DNA of 63,789 nucleotides, the filler included. It is 7 parts of 7 records of this genome, joined end to end, with 100 filler letters (N's around TTAATTAATTAA, not from the genome) between each part and the next. Parts side by side here need not be neighbours in the genome. Positions count along the whole stretch, not along the records: positions 30,261 to 35,692 come from SRR31147125_40359; positions 35,793 to 45,884 come from SRR31147125_40377; 5 more parts are not named here. One strand, written 5' to 3'. Under the pieces are notes generated by a model. It was not told where the DNA came from. It did no database searches and saw only the letters and a list, made by a program, of their open reading frames with translations. Shown piece after piece: positions 31,787-43,048 of the stretch. The position numbers and the translations under genes were made by a program. Within the stretch, counting starts at the first letter, position 1. Every line of letters starts with the position of its first letter.

Positions 31787-32989
31787 TTATTTTAACAATA
31801 CCATTCGGCGCATTATCTGCTTTTGATCCGATTTCATAACAGTAAAGTAAATTCCACTGGACAGTAGCAAACCATCATCATCCTGACCATTCCACATAAC
31901 ATGATGTATTCCCTGACTTTTAACATTATTTACGAGCTGGCGAACAATCTGTCCATTTGCATTTACGATAAAGAGCTCAACATGTGCCTGTTTTGCCAGT
32001 GAGTAGGATATGGTTGTTGTGGGATTAAATGGATTAGGATAGTTTTGTTCCAAAGTGAATTCACCCGGTTTTTTGGGGAGTGCATTGGGAACATCGTTCC
32101 ACAGATTTGTTAGCGTATATCCGACAACAGGATCAGCCGTATCAGACCCCCAAACAGACTTATTACCAGTATATCCGGCTTCGATGGCACTTTCAGAAAG
32201 TTCACCACTTCCTTCCAGAGAGAAAGATATATCGATTGTATCCCCCAATTTAACAATAGGTATACCGTTTTCATCCCAAAAGAAGCCCCACATGGGCGCT
32301 TTCATCTCTGCCTCATGACCATCCGCAGACACAGCTACCTCTACAATTCCCCCCTCAATTACCGGGCCTTTATCAGATACAAATACATAACTGGTATCCG
32401 GGAATGTTACCCATTGTAAATAATCATCATAGTTTCCAGGTCCCAATCGAATGATATGGTTGGCCAGGTCCTGTGCACCGACTTCCAGTTCCGATTCGGC
32501 TAAAAATCCATGATGAATATAATGCCCTGTGTTGAAGGAACCATCGTAAAACTCAACTTCCATATTCATGTCGTAACCTGTTGAATTAGGCCAATAGCCT
32601 CCTTCCTGAAGGGGATACCCGGTTTCATCATTATTATCAACATCAATTGTGATGATAAAATAGTAACGCCCTGCCTTTTGCCCGTCAGCTGAACGTGATG
32701 TTTGACCTATTATTCCACTCGCTTTTACATATCCATAGAGGTTTTCCTGATCATGAGAAAATTTGACCTCAAGTATATCTACATCACTATATTTACGTGG
32801 TGACGGCTGAGACATGTTCTCGTTATAAGGCTCTGTATCATGCTCATCATTTGGTGCATCAGTAACTAGCACAGGCAAAGGTGCCCAATCATCAAAATTG
32901 CCATCAATAGTGATGGTTGATTGACTCCACAAAATGGCAGGAAGAACATACACTGTAGCAAAAATTATTCGAAGCATTAAAACCTCCAT
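31787..32989 (-). CDS. Secreted protein with C-terminal FlgD-Ig / T9SS type-A-like sorting domain
   Basis: Signal peptide; ITIDGNFDDW; acidic core; C-terminal LEQNYPNPFNPTTTISY...WNGQDDDG..LSSGIYF. Confidence 0.85.
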   Translation of the reverse strand: MEVLMLRIIFATVYVLPAILWSQSTITIDGNFDDWAPLPVLVTDAPNDEHDTEPYNENMSQPSPRKYSDVDILEVKFSHDQENLYGYVKASGIIGQTSRSADGQKAGRYYFIITIDVDNNDETGYPLQEGGYWPNSTGYDMNMEVEFYDGSFNTGHYIHHGFLAESELEVGAQDLANHIIRLGPGNYDDYLQWVTFPDTSYVFVSDKGPVIEGGIVEVAVSADGHEAEMKAPMWGFFWDENGIPIVKLGDTIDISFSLEGSGELSESAIEAGYTGNKSVWGSDTADPVVGYTLTNLWNDVPNALPKKPGEFTLEQNYPNPFNPTTTISYSLAKQAHVELFIVNANGQIVRQLVNNVKSQGIHHVMWNGQDDDGLLLSSGIYFTVMKSDQKQIMRRMVLLK

Positions 32990-33144
32990 TATAGGATTTG
33001 TTATAACTAAATTTTCTAAATGATACTTTACTGAAAAACTTTTTCATGAAACATTCTCACACTCAAAGCATATCAAAGAAAGATTTATACTATTGAACGT
33101 TTATCATCCATCTGTTTTTAACTATATAGTATTTATTTGTTTAT

Positions 33145-35025
33145 TTATTCCACATCTTTAACGCATCGAAAACCAATTGGATAGCCACTGGTATGCGTGG
33201 CTGGATCGACATAATAACGGTGCGCACATCGTTGCATGCTGTTATCATTTATTCTTGACCCACCGCGAATGACTTTATACTTTTCCCCATATGATGAACT
33301 CGGCGTTGTATTTCCAGGATAAGGTAAATACCAATCTGCGGTCCATTCCCATGCACCACCAGTCATCCAATAGGCGCCATAGGGACTCTTTCCTGCTCTC
33401 CAGACAGCTTCCTTTGCGACACCATCCGGTTCGCCAAAACTCCAGTCATGAATATTCCCCCATGGATATTTTCGTCCATCCGTACCACGTGCCGCTTTTT
33501 CCCATTCTTCTTCGGTTGGAAGACGTTTTCCAGCCCACCTGGCATAGGCATCGGCCTCATACCAGTTCACGTTTACAACAGGATCATCTGCTTTTTCAGG
33601 AGGAAATTTATATTCCGATTTAAATTTGGCATAATCGGCATTTGAGACTTCAAATCGATCGATATAAAAGCCGTGCAGCCAAACCAAGCTTGGAGGATAT
33701 TCATCTGCATCGCCAATGTCGCTCCCCATGATAAATTCGCCTTCCGGAACAAATACCATTCCCTCAAAAACATCTTTTTGGGGTTTAGCCCATGATGGTG
33801 GATTCCCGGCTCCGACTGTATTATCTCTTTTTAACAGGTTAAGGTACCGGGCACTCCAATAAGCTCGCAAATACTGGTGAGATGGCTCTTGCCAGATTCC
33901 TTTAATCCTTTCCGAACCGCCCTCCTGCCTTAATAACTCATCACGATATTGACGCCAGGCCCCCTTCCAGTTTATCAGACTTTGCAGGGACCATTCATTA
34001 AAACCATTATTATCAGGCACATAATGAGCATAAACCACATGAAATGCTACCAGCGAATTTTCCTTCTCAACCATCCAATAGCGCTCCAGGGAGGCCAGAT
34101 ATTTGTTGCGCAAAGACGGTTCCGTTTCATATTGTAAAAGATGGTAGAGTGCTTCCAGGGCAAGTTTTGCATCCCAGGGTGCCACAGGAGGTTTATAGGA
34201 ATTCGCCAATATCGCTTGATCGGCATACCCAAAATCATCTATCAGTTGTTTGTACTTTAGCTGAAATCGGCCATCACCAGTAACATGATAGGCTATTTTG
34301 AGGTGCCCCAAAGGCAACAGTGAATTCAAAAGGTCATGATCCAAAAAAGGGCTGTAATTTCCCCAGAGCGTCATTTTACCGTCTATATCGACAATACGCA
34401 TACCAAAATTCATTTCTCTTGTTACGATACGATCAACCAAAGAAGCGACTCTTTTCTGCTGACTTTTATCTGCGCATAAATCATAATAGACAGCCAAACC
34501 ATAAAGCACATTGGTAATTGTGTCGGAACTTGGATCACCTAGCCACCGGTAACCCGGCATACTGGTAGATTGATGCCATTCGCCTGGAAAGAAGAACCAT
34601 TGTTCATGTTTTTGCGGAACAGAAGAATAATTGAAACTTCGGGCAACACAGCCAGGTGTACCGGTCACCCGTTCAAGCATTTCAATGGCAGCAAAACTTT
34701 GATCAGCCCAGGATTTCACTGTTTTATCCTTCGTCACAGCAAATTGAAAACACAGCGCTGCCAGATAAGGTCCGGTGCAATTTCCTCCATCTTCCTGATG
34801 CGCGGACGAATGATCCAAATTTCCTTCAGGTGGTAAAAGCACCCTTGGCATAACAAGGCCATTAAGCATATTATCCCGTCGTGTATCTTGTTGTAGCCAA
34901 TCCGCTTTTGCGGCCAGATCACTGTAACCGGTATAAGGATATTGATCATTATCCGGTTTTTCCTTAGCCTGAATCAGGCCCATGAAAAAAAGCATCAAAA
35001 CACTATATAGCAATTTTTCTTTCAT
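33145..35025 (-). CDS. Secreted fusion: helical N-terminal domain plus FGE-sulfatase (SUMF1) domain
   Basis: C-terminal GEFIMGS, IDRFEVSNADY, PVVNVNWYEADAYARWAGKRLPTEEEWEKAARG, GAWEW, GFRC. The N-terminal ~400 aa look helical, with DGGNCTG and GDPSSD motifs. Confidence 0.85.
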   Translation of the reverse strand: MKEKLLYSVLMLFFMGLIQAKEKPDNDQYPYTGYSDLAAKADWLQQDTRRDNMLNGLVMPRVLLPPEGNLDHSSAHQEDGGNCTGPYLAALCFQFAVTKDKTVKSWADQSFAAIEMLERVTGTPGCVARSFNYSSVPQKHEQWFFFPGEWHQSTSMPGYRWLGDPSSDTITNVLYGLAVYYDLCADKSQQKRVASLVDRIVTREMNFGMRIVDIDGKMTLWGNYSPFLDHDLLNSLLPLGHLKIAYHVTGDGRFQLKYKQLIDDFGYADQAILANSYKPPVAPWDAKLALEALYHLLQYETEPSLRNKYLASLERYWMVEKENSLVAFHVVYAHYVPDNNGFNEWSLQSLINWKGAWRQYRDELLRQEGGSERIKGIWQEPSHQYLRAYWSARYLNLLKRDNTVGAGNPPSWAKPQKDVFEGMVFVPEGEFIMGSDIGDADEYPPSLVWLHGFYIDRFEVSNADYAKFKSEYKFPPEKADDPVVNVNWYEADAYARWAGKRLPTEEEWEKAARGTDGRKYPWGNIHDWSFGEPDGVAKEAVWRAGKSPYGAYWMTGGAWEWTADWYLPYPGNTTPSSSYGEKYKVIRGGSRINDNSMQRCAHRYYVDPATHTSGYPIGFRCVKDVE

Positions 35026-35456
35026 TTAAGCCTCAGAAAGTGGTAAATACAGCTATGAAATCCATTAATGTAAAAGGATAATCCCAAAAGTTGGAATAAA
35101 GATTGGTTATTTAATTTTGTTTTTCAGAGTAATATTATCGCTTATTAAAGAACATCCAATAAAAACGTGAAAAAAAGAGATCAGGTAGATTCTTGAGAGG
35201 TGATAGTCCCTTATCCATCTAAATTCGTCGAAGAGGTAAGCACTTTTTAAAAAAGGGATATAAAATTTATCAGAGTAAGATTTTGGCGCTATATTGAAAA
35301 GTGCACGTCTGCCAAATAAAACGCAACGAGCACCTCTATCTTGTTCTCTGAAATTTATGGTTATTTTTCCTCACATATTATGGTCTGAGTGAAGATGGTC
35401 ATAAATTGTATATAATGCATTTCTTTCAGAAAACCAATATTTTTAAGATTTTGCTA

Positions 35457-35505
35457 TTGACAATACCGGTTTAATGAGTTACATTCGATTTAAGCAATCG
35501 TTTGT
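35457..35505 (+). promoter_or_regulatory. Sigma-70 promoter with possible LacI-type operator
   Basis: TTGACA-N17-TACATT (35457-35485), followed by the near-palindrome GCAATCGTTTGT (35494-35505). Confidence 0.45.
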
Positions 35506-35648
35506 CCTAAACTATTTCATAGTAGATGTTTTAATTTTAAAAATCAAGTTTAATTTACAAAATAATTACTTTTAAACTTGCTTTATTACATTTAATTTTT
35601 TATGCTTGCAATTAAATAAGAGACTTTTCAAACGAGGAGGCTTTATCC

Positions 35649-35692
35649 ATGTTATCTTTCAAGCTTGAGAGAACCCACTTTTTGCTTTTTTT
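35649..35692 (+). CDS. Start of a gene truncated by the contig end
   Basis: GAGGAGG RBS then ATG; frame open to the linker. Confidence 0.4.
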
Positions 35693-35792
35693 NNNNNNNN
35701 NNNNNNNNNNNNNNNNNNNNNNNNNNNNNNNNNNNNTTAATTAATTAANNNNNNNNNNNNNNNNNNNNNNNNNNNNNNNNNNNNNNNNNNNN
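35693..35792. other. Artificial contig linker
   Basis: 100-nt N run containing TTAATTAATTAA. Confidence 0.99.
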
Positions 35793-36986
35793 TTTTTCCG
35801 CAAAAAACTGAAGGGATTCGTCATCAAAATCACGATCCAGCGTGTTGCTCTGATTAACCAGGTCCTGGGATTCTACAAGATTACGCCATGAGAGGGAGAC
35901 ATTTAAATTGTGAACAGGACCAATATGACCGTCATATCTGAGGGAGTAAAGATCGTTCGAGTTTGAAAGAGATTCAATATCCCGGTGATTATCATAATCC
36001 AGTTCGGTCTTCATAAGCATGAGATGAAGTTTATTGGTGCCAATTTGATTTGGACTCCTGGAAAAATAGTATCCCAGATTGATGCTCTGGTTTTTAGAAT
36101 TGTTTTCAATATTTTCATTATCATCGATAGCATCTGCGTATGTGCGGGTTATCTCTCCCTGTTTATAACTATAAGCCGCATGCAGGTTACCGACATTTTT
36201 ATATAAATTTATTCCGGTATCCTGAGTATTATAGGTACCGATCCGGTGCTGTGCGCGAACAGTATAATCACGTTCAAATTCCGGTACAATGTTAATAACC
36301 CCGGAAAAAGCTTCCGGACCGTAAAGTGCTGTGTTACTCCCTTTTATGAGCTCAAATCTTTCCAGGTTTTCCAGATCAATCAGGGAAAAATCAAATAAAT
36401 TATCAAATGAACTATTCATTTTAACGCCGTTATAGAGCACAATGACCTCATCAGCATTGCCTCCTCGAATGGAGAGGGTTTTTTTACCACTGATTTCCTC
36501 TTCAACCTGAACGCTGTGTTCTGTTTTTAAATAGTCGCCCGCATCAACATAGCCGCGAATCTCGAAATTTTTGGCATCCAAAAGCGCAACGGTTTGAGGG
36601 ATGTCTTTGGAAATTTCTATTTTTTGTCGTTCATTTTGGCCAATAACTTCAATGCCCGGTAATTGAATGACGCGAGGCTGCATATAAACAAGTGGGTTTT
36701 GCTTTAACGAATCGACAGAAATTTCCAGTTTTTCATAAGAGATGTGCTGAAAAATGATAGAACTCTTTGATTGGCTGGCAGTAATTTGCAGAGTGTATTT
36801 CCCGGAGCGATTCGTAATAGTGCCGGTATTGGTTCCTTTAATGTAAACATTTACATCTCTTATTTCGCGGCGAGTATTTATATCATGGATTACACCGGAG
36901 ATTTTCGTCTGGGAGAAACTGGTGTTAATGATACTGAAGAGAAGCACGGCTGCCATAAATAATTTTTTCATGGATATGTTTTCCAA
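35793..36986 (-). CDS. TonB-dependent receptor, 3'-truncated
   Basis: Signal peptide; carboxypeptidase-regulatory-like domain (VNVYIKGTNTGTITNRSGKY); plug motifs LSIRGG and ERFELIKGSNTALYGPEAFSGVINIV. Confidence 0.88.
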
Positions 36987-37463
36987 ATGTTAAGGTAAAA
37001 ACATAGTTGTTGACCAGTTCAAAAGAGGGGAGTGAGTTCAGGAATTCACCGGCAACAATTTTAATGTTCAGGCTTGGGGTATATGCTTAATTAATAAAAT
37101 TAAATGATTTAGTCAATAATATTTTATATTATTTGCCCATTTTGACGAGCGGGAGCCAAATAATTAGACCTAAAAATAAAAAATAGTACAATCAGTTTCC
37201 AAAAGAGATGAACGGTTACCAGTTATGAGAAAAATTTTAATTTTGAGCAACTATTATAAAATCCAATCGTACCATCTGATTTTTCACACTCTTGTTTATT
37301 ATTGACTGCAATACGGAGCTTGTTTAACTGTGTGGATTTTCTCTTACATAATTTGGTAGAAAAACCATTTATCTATTATTGGCTTGTTATTTGCTGTATT
37401 AAAAAAGAGTCCGTTTTTAGTTCAATTTAAGCACAACTTTGTTACGCGGTGGAGTATTGTGAC

Positions 37464-39697
37464 GTGAAAATTTTACCAACTATCCTTATTATATTACATA
37501 TCTCTATAACTGATAATTTTGCAAAATCCTATTTTATTTCTGCAACTGATGGTGATGATGAATTTACTGGTCTAACGCCAAGCCGGCAGGAAAAAAATCC
37601 GGTCCGTTTTTAACACTGGCACGAGCTATTCGGATTGTCCAGCCTGGTGACTCTGTTTTTATTCGTAGTGGCGTTTACCATGAGAATGTGAAATTTAAAA
37701 CTTCCGGTTCTGCCAAAGCACCGATTGTCTTGCAAAACTATCCATATGAATATCCGACCATAACATCAGGTTCCAATGTTTATGATCCTGTTATGGAGAT
37801 GTCACATGTTGCTTACATTCATGTGGCTGGCCTCATTTTTATGGATTCCCAGGCAACGTGTAAACCTCTCTTTTTAAAAAATACCAGGCATTGTCAGATA
37901 TCAAAATGTACTTTTAGCAATAACAATAGCTTTGCTGCGATTCATCTTGCAGAGAAATCCTCATTTAATGAGATTTCACAATGTCTTTTCAAAGATAATG
38001 GAACCAGGAGACGGGAGTGGGATACACATGTTTATCTTGATCGATGTGGCTCGAATAACAAGATCAGGAATAATACGTTTACGCAATCCTCTCAATCATT
38101 AAATTTAACTGAGCGAGGTGTCTGGTGTTCCAAAACATCGGATACTAAAATATCCGGCAATACGTTTCGTTTCCTGACAAAGATAGCGCTGTCAATAGGT
38201 ATTGAAAAAAATGAGCCAAAAGATTCAGCACCGGGCGGTAATATCATTGAAAATAATGATTTTACTCAAAATTCCGGTATGTGCTGTCTGATCCGTTTTG
38301 CCTTCAATACCACGGTAACGGGATGTCGATTTTTTCATAACAACGCACATTATACGCTTACCATTCAAGGTGATGCTGCAAAAAACAATGTCATTGAGAA
38401 TAATCAATTTTGGGAAAACGGGTCTTATGATAAAGAATATTCGGATCACATCTCATTGTGGAATTGTGGAGCTGGAAATATCATCCGGGGTAATGACATC
38501 TTTGGAACTCCGGACTCTTCTTCCTTTAAAATTATCAAAGGGTATACAGCCATTAATGTACAAAAAACGTCATCCATTTTAATTGAGAACAACCATATTT
38601 ATAACCTGAATTACCCGGCGACAATCGATAAAAGTGATTATAATCCAGCATGGATAAAAACAGCAGATCAGGGAGGCCGGGCCGGACACGGTATTTGGCT
38701 GGATGGCGTAGATCAGGAGGCGGCTGATGTTATGATCAGGAATAACCGTATTCATCACCTTGGTGCCTCAGCTATTAGTGTATCTCATGCCGTAAAGTCG
38801 CTTATTCAGGGAAATGAGTGCTCTTTTAACGGGGCATGGGGAATAAGTGTAAATGGTCGCCATAATATCATTGAACAAAATACGACTTTTGAGAATGGAT
38901 GGATGCACGGGGGATGTAGCGGAATCAATTTACATGGCAGAAGCAGGGGGAATATTGTCAGAAAAAACGCGAGTTTTAATAACCGCCAGGGCAGGGAAGG
39001 CGAGGTGGGTTTTGATTGGTGGGATGACGGCAATGGCATCATCGCAGATCAGGGCGCGGACAGCACATGGATTTATAATAATATTTGTTATGGCAACGAA
39101 GGCGCAGGTGTGGCCATCACAGCCAGCTCTGATTGTTTTGTGTTGAACAATACAATTGTACAAAACGGGTATTGCAAGTTTGCCGGTTATAAAGCTGGCC
39201 TGGCTGTTATCTCTACGCCTGAAGCCAACCGCTTTGCCAGGAGAGAGACTATTATAGGAAATATATTATCCGACAATGCTTTTTGTCAACTTGCCATCGC
39301 GGAAACGGCTGATCACTCGCATATTCTGCATCATAACCTCTATTTTAAAGGCAAACGATCCACCTCCAAAACACTCGTACATTACAGGGATGAACAACTC
39401 GCATGGCAAAAGAGGGATTTTGACAATATAAAAAATTTTCAAAAATACTGGCGTGATAGAGGAGATAATTTAAATGGCAAAGGTTCACTTGATGTAGATC
39501 CAGAATTTGTATGTGGTACCGGGTCACCGGAAAGACCTGCTGACCTGATGCCACGTCTGACCTCTCCAGTAAGAATGGCAAGTTTAGTGTTATGCCAATG
39601 GTTGCAGGATGATTTCTTTAGTGTGGTCCGATCCTGTGAAAAAAAATGGGATATGGGCGCATTTGTGGTGAAAGACGATAACCGCAGGCAAAAGTAA
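37464..39697 (+). CDS. Secreted right-handed parallel beta-helix (pectate lyase-like) protein; frameshift at A7 run 37591-37597
   Basis: GTG at 37464 encodes a signal peptide and SYFISATDGDDEFTG. Adding one A continues into GPFLTLARA..QPGDSVFIRSGVYHE and joins the 37688-39697 ORF, which has Asn-ladder repeats. Confidence 0.8.
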
Positions 39698-39794
39698 GAA
39701 GATTTTATTTATTTTTAATTCCAGCCTTTAACACGTTTTGTTCGAATTTCTGGCAAATAACTGGACGTATTATTAATTCAACAGACTCGAGAAT

Positions 39795-41129
39795 TTACGA
39801 TAGCCGCTCCATTTTTGAGTATAACTGTCTTCTTGTGATACCTAACATTTCTGCGGCTTTTGTTTTATTTCCTTCAGCCTTTAACAGAGCTTGCTGAATC
39901 ATTTTTCTTTCCATTTCGTCCAGGGTCATTGAATTATCAATATCTATCTCTATGGGCATGTCTGCTTCACCGCGTATATGCGGAGGTAAATCCTTGACAG
40001 TAATTATATGACTACTGGCCATAATTCTGGATCGTTCGATAACATTCTCCAATTCGCGTACATTACCCGGCCACGAATAATCGATTAAAAGTTTCAGCGC
40101 TTTTGGTTCAATAGCGTCTTCCTTATAGTCTTGCAAAGCGAGAAAGTGAGCGACCAGATCCGGGATGTCTGATTTTCTATCCCTGAGCGGGGGTAGATAG
40201 ATGGGAAATACGTTGATGCGATAATAAAGATCTTCCCGGAACGCTTTGTTTTTAACGGCCTCTTCCAGGTTTCGATTTGTTGCGGCAATCGTTCTGGCTT
40301 TGATCGGGATAGTTTCTATACCACCAACTCGTACGATTTCACGATTTTGCAGAACACGTAATAATTTCACTTGAGTTGCGGGTGTCATATCACCAATTTC
40401 GTCCAGGAAAATAGTGCCATTTCCAGCTAATTCAAAGCGTCCTGGTTTTTGCTTGTCTGCTCCGGTAAAGGCTCCTTTCTCATGACCAAAGAGTTCGCTT
40501 TCCAGCAGACTCTCCGGCAAGGCGCCACAATTGACTGCGATAAAGGGATCGTTTTTACTTTGACTCAACTGATATATGGCTCTGGCTACCAGTTCTTTGC
40601 CGGTTCCGCTTTCACCGCGTACCAGAACTGTGGCGTTACTTGATGCCACCTTTTCGACCAGTTCATACACCTTTTGCATGGCGCCGCTACTGCCGATCAT
40701 GTTTTCGAGGGAATAGCGTTTTTTTAACTGTTCTTTTAATCCTTTATTCTCAGATTTTAGTCTTCCTTTTTCCAAGATATGGTTGATCTTGTGGCGTAAT
40801 TCAGCGATTTCAAAAGGTTTTATAATGTAATCATATGCTCCCTGTTTCATTGCATCAACGGCCGTCTGGGTATCTGCATAAGCTGTCATGAGCAATACCT
40901 CAGTATCCGGATTCTGTTTTTTGACCTTTTGCAGAACATCCAGGCCGCTTATACCGGGCATTTTAATGTCACTCAGGACGACATCAAACTGATCGATTTC
41001 CATGGCTGCCAGAGCCGCTTCTCCACTATCCGCTGTGGTGACAGCGATATCTTTGCTCTCCAGTGCGGCCTTTAACACAAGGCACATGCGTTTTTCATCA
41101 TCAATGATCAATAGTTTTGATTTATCCAC
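39795..41129 (-). CDS. Sigma-54-dependent response regulator (NtrC family)
   Basis: Receiver domain; GESGTGKE, ESELFGHEKGAFTGA, FLDEIG, WPGNVREL; Fis-type HTH. Confidence 0.95.
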   Translation of the reverse strand: MDKSKLLIIDDEKRMCLVLKAALESKDIAVTTADSGEAALAAMEIDQFDVVLSDIKMPGISGLDVLQKVKKQNPDTEVLLMTAYADTQTAVDAMKQGAYDYIIKPFEIAELRHKINHILEKGRLKSENKGLKEQLKKRYSLENMIGSSGAMQKVYELVEKVASSNATVLVRGESGTGKELVARAIYQLSQSKNDPFIAVNCGALPESLLESELFGHEKGAFTGADKQKPGRFELAGNGTIFLDEIGDMTPATQVKLLRVLQNREIVRVGGIETIPIKARTIAATNRNLEEAVKNKAFREDLYYRINVFPIYLPPLRDRKSDIPDLVAHFLALQDYKEDAIEPKALKLLIDYSWPGNVRELENVIERSRIMASSHIITVKDLPPHIRGEADMPIEIDIDNSMTLDEMERKMIQQALLKAEGNKTKAAEMLGITRRQLYSKMERLS

Positions 41130-41145
41130 TTTTCATCCGATTGGT

Positions 41146-42495
41146 TTATTTAACGGGTAAATAAAATTCTATAGTTGTTCCACCTTCTAATCGATTTTTT
41201 GCCTCGATACGGCCACCGTGAAGTTCAATGATATTTCGACTCACAGCAAGTCCTAAACCGGATCCTTTTGTTTTCGTTGTGAAGAAGGGCTCAAAGATTT
41301 CATCCGGATTACCTTTAATCCCATCACCATTATCTGTGACTATTGTTTTTGCAAATGGCTTACCTCGGATCTTGTGGATCTCAAGAGAGAGTGATATGTG
41401 ACTTTTTTTATTATTGACTGCCTGCGTCGCGTTTATTATTAAATTTAGCAATACCTGGAAAATTAATTCTGAATCTATTAAAAGAAATAAACTGGTTAAA
41501 GTCGAATGGAACGATATTGTGCAGTCACGCTGGTGGTCCAAATGAAATTTAGATATAGCATTTTTGATTAAAACAACCAGATCCGTCTTTTTTAATTTAA
41601 GATTAGGTTCTTTAGCTAACGTTAAATAATCGTTTACCAGCCCATTAAGCCTTTTTACTTCCTCATTGATAAAATCAAATAGTTCGTCTGGTTCATCCTG
41701 AGGCTGGTATTTTTCGCTTAGTAAATCTGCTGTTCCTTTGATAATGCCTAAAGGATTTCGGATTTCGTGTGCAACTGTTGCAGCCATTTGTCCCATTGAA
41801 GCTAATCGTCGGGATTTTTGTAACTGGTCCTCTGTTCTCAAAAATAGTGTTGTAACGGCTACAAGAAATAACGTGAGCAATATCAGGAGTGCGACACTGG
41901 TTATCACACCAAACCATAATCCTCTCTCGAAAAATCGAATGATATTCAAAAATTGTGCGTTTGCTTCCAGGACCAGAATAGCTCTGTTTCCCAAAATGTC
42001 ATGCACCGGAGCATAAACATTCTTGAAATGACTGCCAGCCACTGTATGCAATTTTGACGTCGTTATAGTGCCCCGGGCTGTTTTATTTATCGCTGTACTG
42101 TCCTCTAAAAGGTATCCCCGACTTACAGTTAACTCCAGATCCAATCTCGAGTCAAGTATAAGATTGTAAAATGGGTCAATCAGATAGGCGGCTTCCAGGT
42201 CGTTATCCCGGCGAATGGGTGCGAGAACAATTCTCAGCAGAGACTGCTCAGAGGTGTCATATATATCTGTGACATCCCGCTCAATAAATTTGGCTGTCAG
42301 TGAAGCTGCGGTTTTCAGGCGTGAATCCAGAGCTGTTTCCAAATATCCGCCCATCTGTTGAATGAAAAAATAGATCGCCAAATTATAAAAGAGCAGGAAC
42401 AGAAATGTGACCAGAACCACCGAAGCAGCTGTTGCTTTACGACGTATTAAAAGATTTTTATGTTTGGGATTTGTACTTTTCTTTATTTTTAGCAT
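41146..42495 (-). CDS. Sensor histidine kinase
   Basis: Two TM helices; H-box VAHEIRNPL, N-box NLIINA, DNGDG, FFTTK, GSGLGL. Start moved to the ATG at 42495 to avoid overlap with the NYN gene. Confidence 0.92.
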   Translation of the reverse strand: MLKIKKSTNPKHKNLLIRRKATAASVVLVTFLFLLFYNLAIYFFIQQMGGYLETALDSRLKTAASLTAKFIERDVTDIYDTSEQSLLRIVLAPIRRDNDLEAAYLIDPFYNLILDSRLDLELTVSRGYLLEDSTAINKTARGTITTSKLHTVAGSHFKNVYAPVHDILGNRAILVLEANAQFLNIIRFFERGLWFGVITSVALLILLTLFLVAVTTLFLRTEDQLQKSRRLASMGQMAATVAHEIRNPLGIIKGTADLLSEKYQPQDEPDELFDFINEEVKRLNGLVNDYLTLAKEPNLKLKKTDLVVLIKNAISKFHLDHQRDCTISFHSTLTSLFLLIDSELIFQVLLNLIINATQAVNNKKSHISLSLEIHKIRGKPFAKTIVTDNGDGIKGNPDEIFEPFFTTKTKGSGLGLAVSRNIIELHGGRIEAKNRLEGGTTIEFYLPVK

Positions 42496-42526
42496 GGAGC
42501 AGGGCCGCCTGATCTTACCTGTATTG

Positions 42527-43048
42527 TTATTTTGCGAGATAATTAGTCGTGATTTTTTTGTCATCCTGATTGAAAATATCCATCCATTCTTCAAGGTCTT
42601 TTTCAGACATTCGAATATTGTATTTATCCTGATACTCAAACTGATTTTTGCTGTGAGTTAATTTTGTTCTGAACGCCTCAACAGTCATGTGCATGCAACC
42701 GAAACTTTTCGCTGAGGCTGCCAGCCCTCTATCGGATGTGACCAGTGTAATATTTCCCGGATGTGGATCTTTTTGAACCATAGATATAATAACGGGATCG
42801 GCTTTTTGCGGTGCCCTGGAAAATCGGATGTTTATTCCGGCGGGCCTTTTAATTTTTGTGATCCCTTTAATATCCTGACCATCAAAAACAATGGTTACTT
42901 TCTTCCGTTTATTACCTCTAAAAGAGATGACTTTTCTGATAAAATCTTCGCGTGCTGACCAGAGTGCGTTTTCATCGTTGTGGTTGATTTTTTGTGAACG
43001 CAGAATATAATTGTATCCGTCGATGATAATGTGGTGAATATCAGCCAT
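42527..43048 (-). CDS. NYN domain protein (YacP/Rae1-like ribonuclease)
   Basis: IIIDGYN, IVFDG, ADPVI and LVTSDR acidic motifs. Confidence 0.88.
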   Translation of the reverse strand: MADIHHIIIDGYNYILRSQKINHNDENALWSAREDFIRKVISFRGNKRKKVTIVFDGQDIKGITKIKRPAGINIRFSRAPQKADPVIISMVQKDPHPGNITLVTSDRGLAASAKSFGCMHMTVEAFRTKLTHSKNQFEYQDKYNIRMSEKDLEEWMDIFNQDDKKITTNYLAK

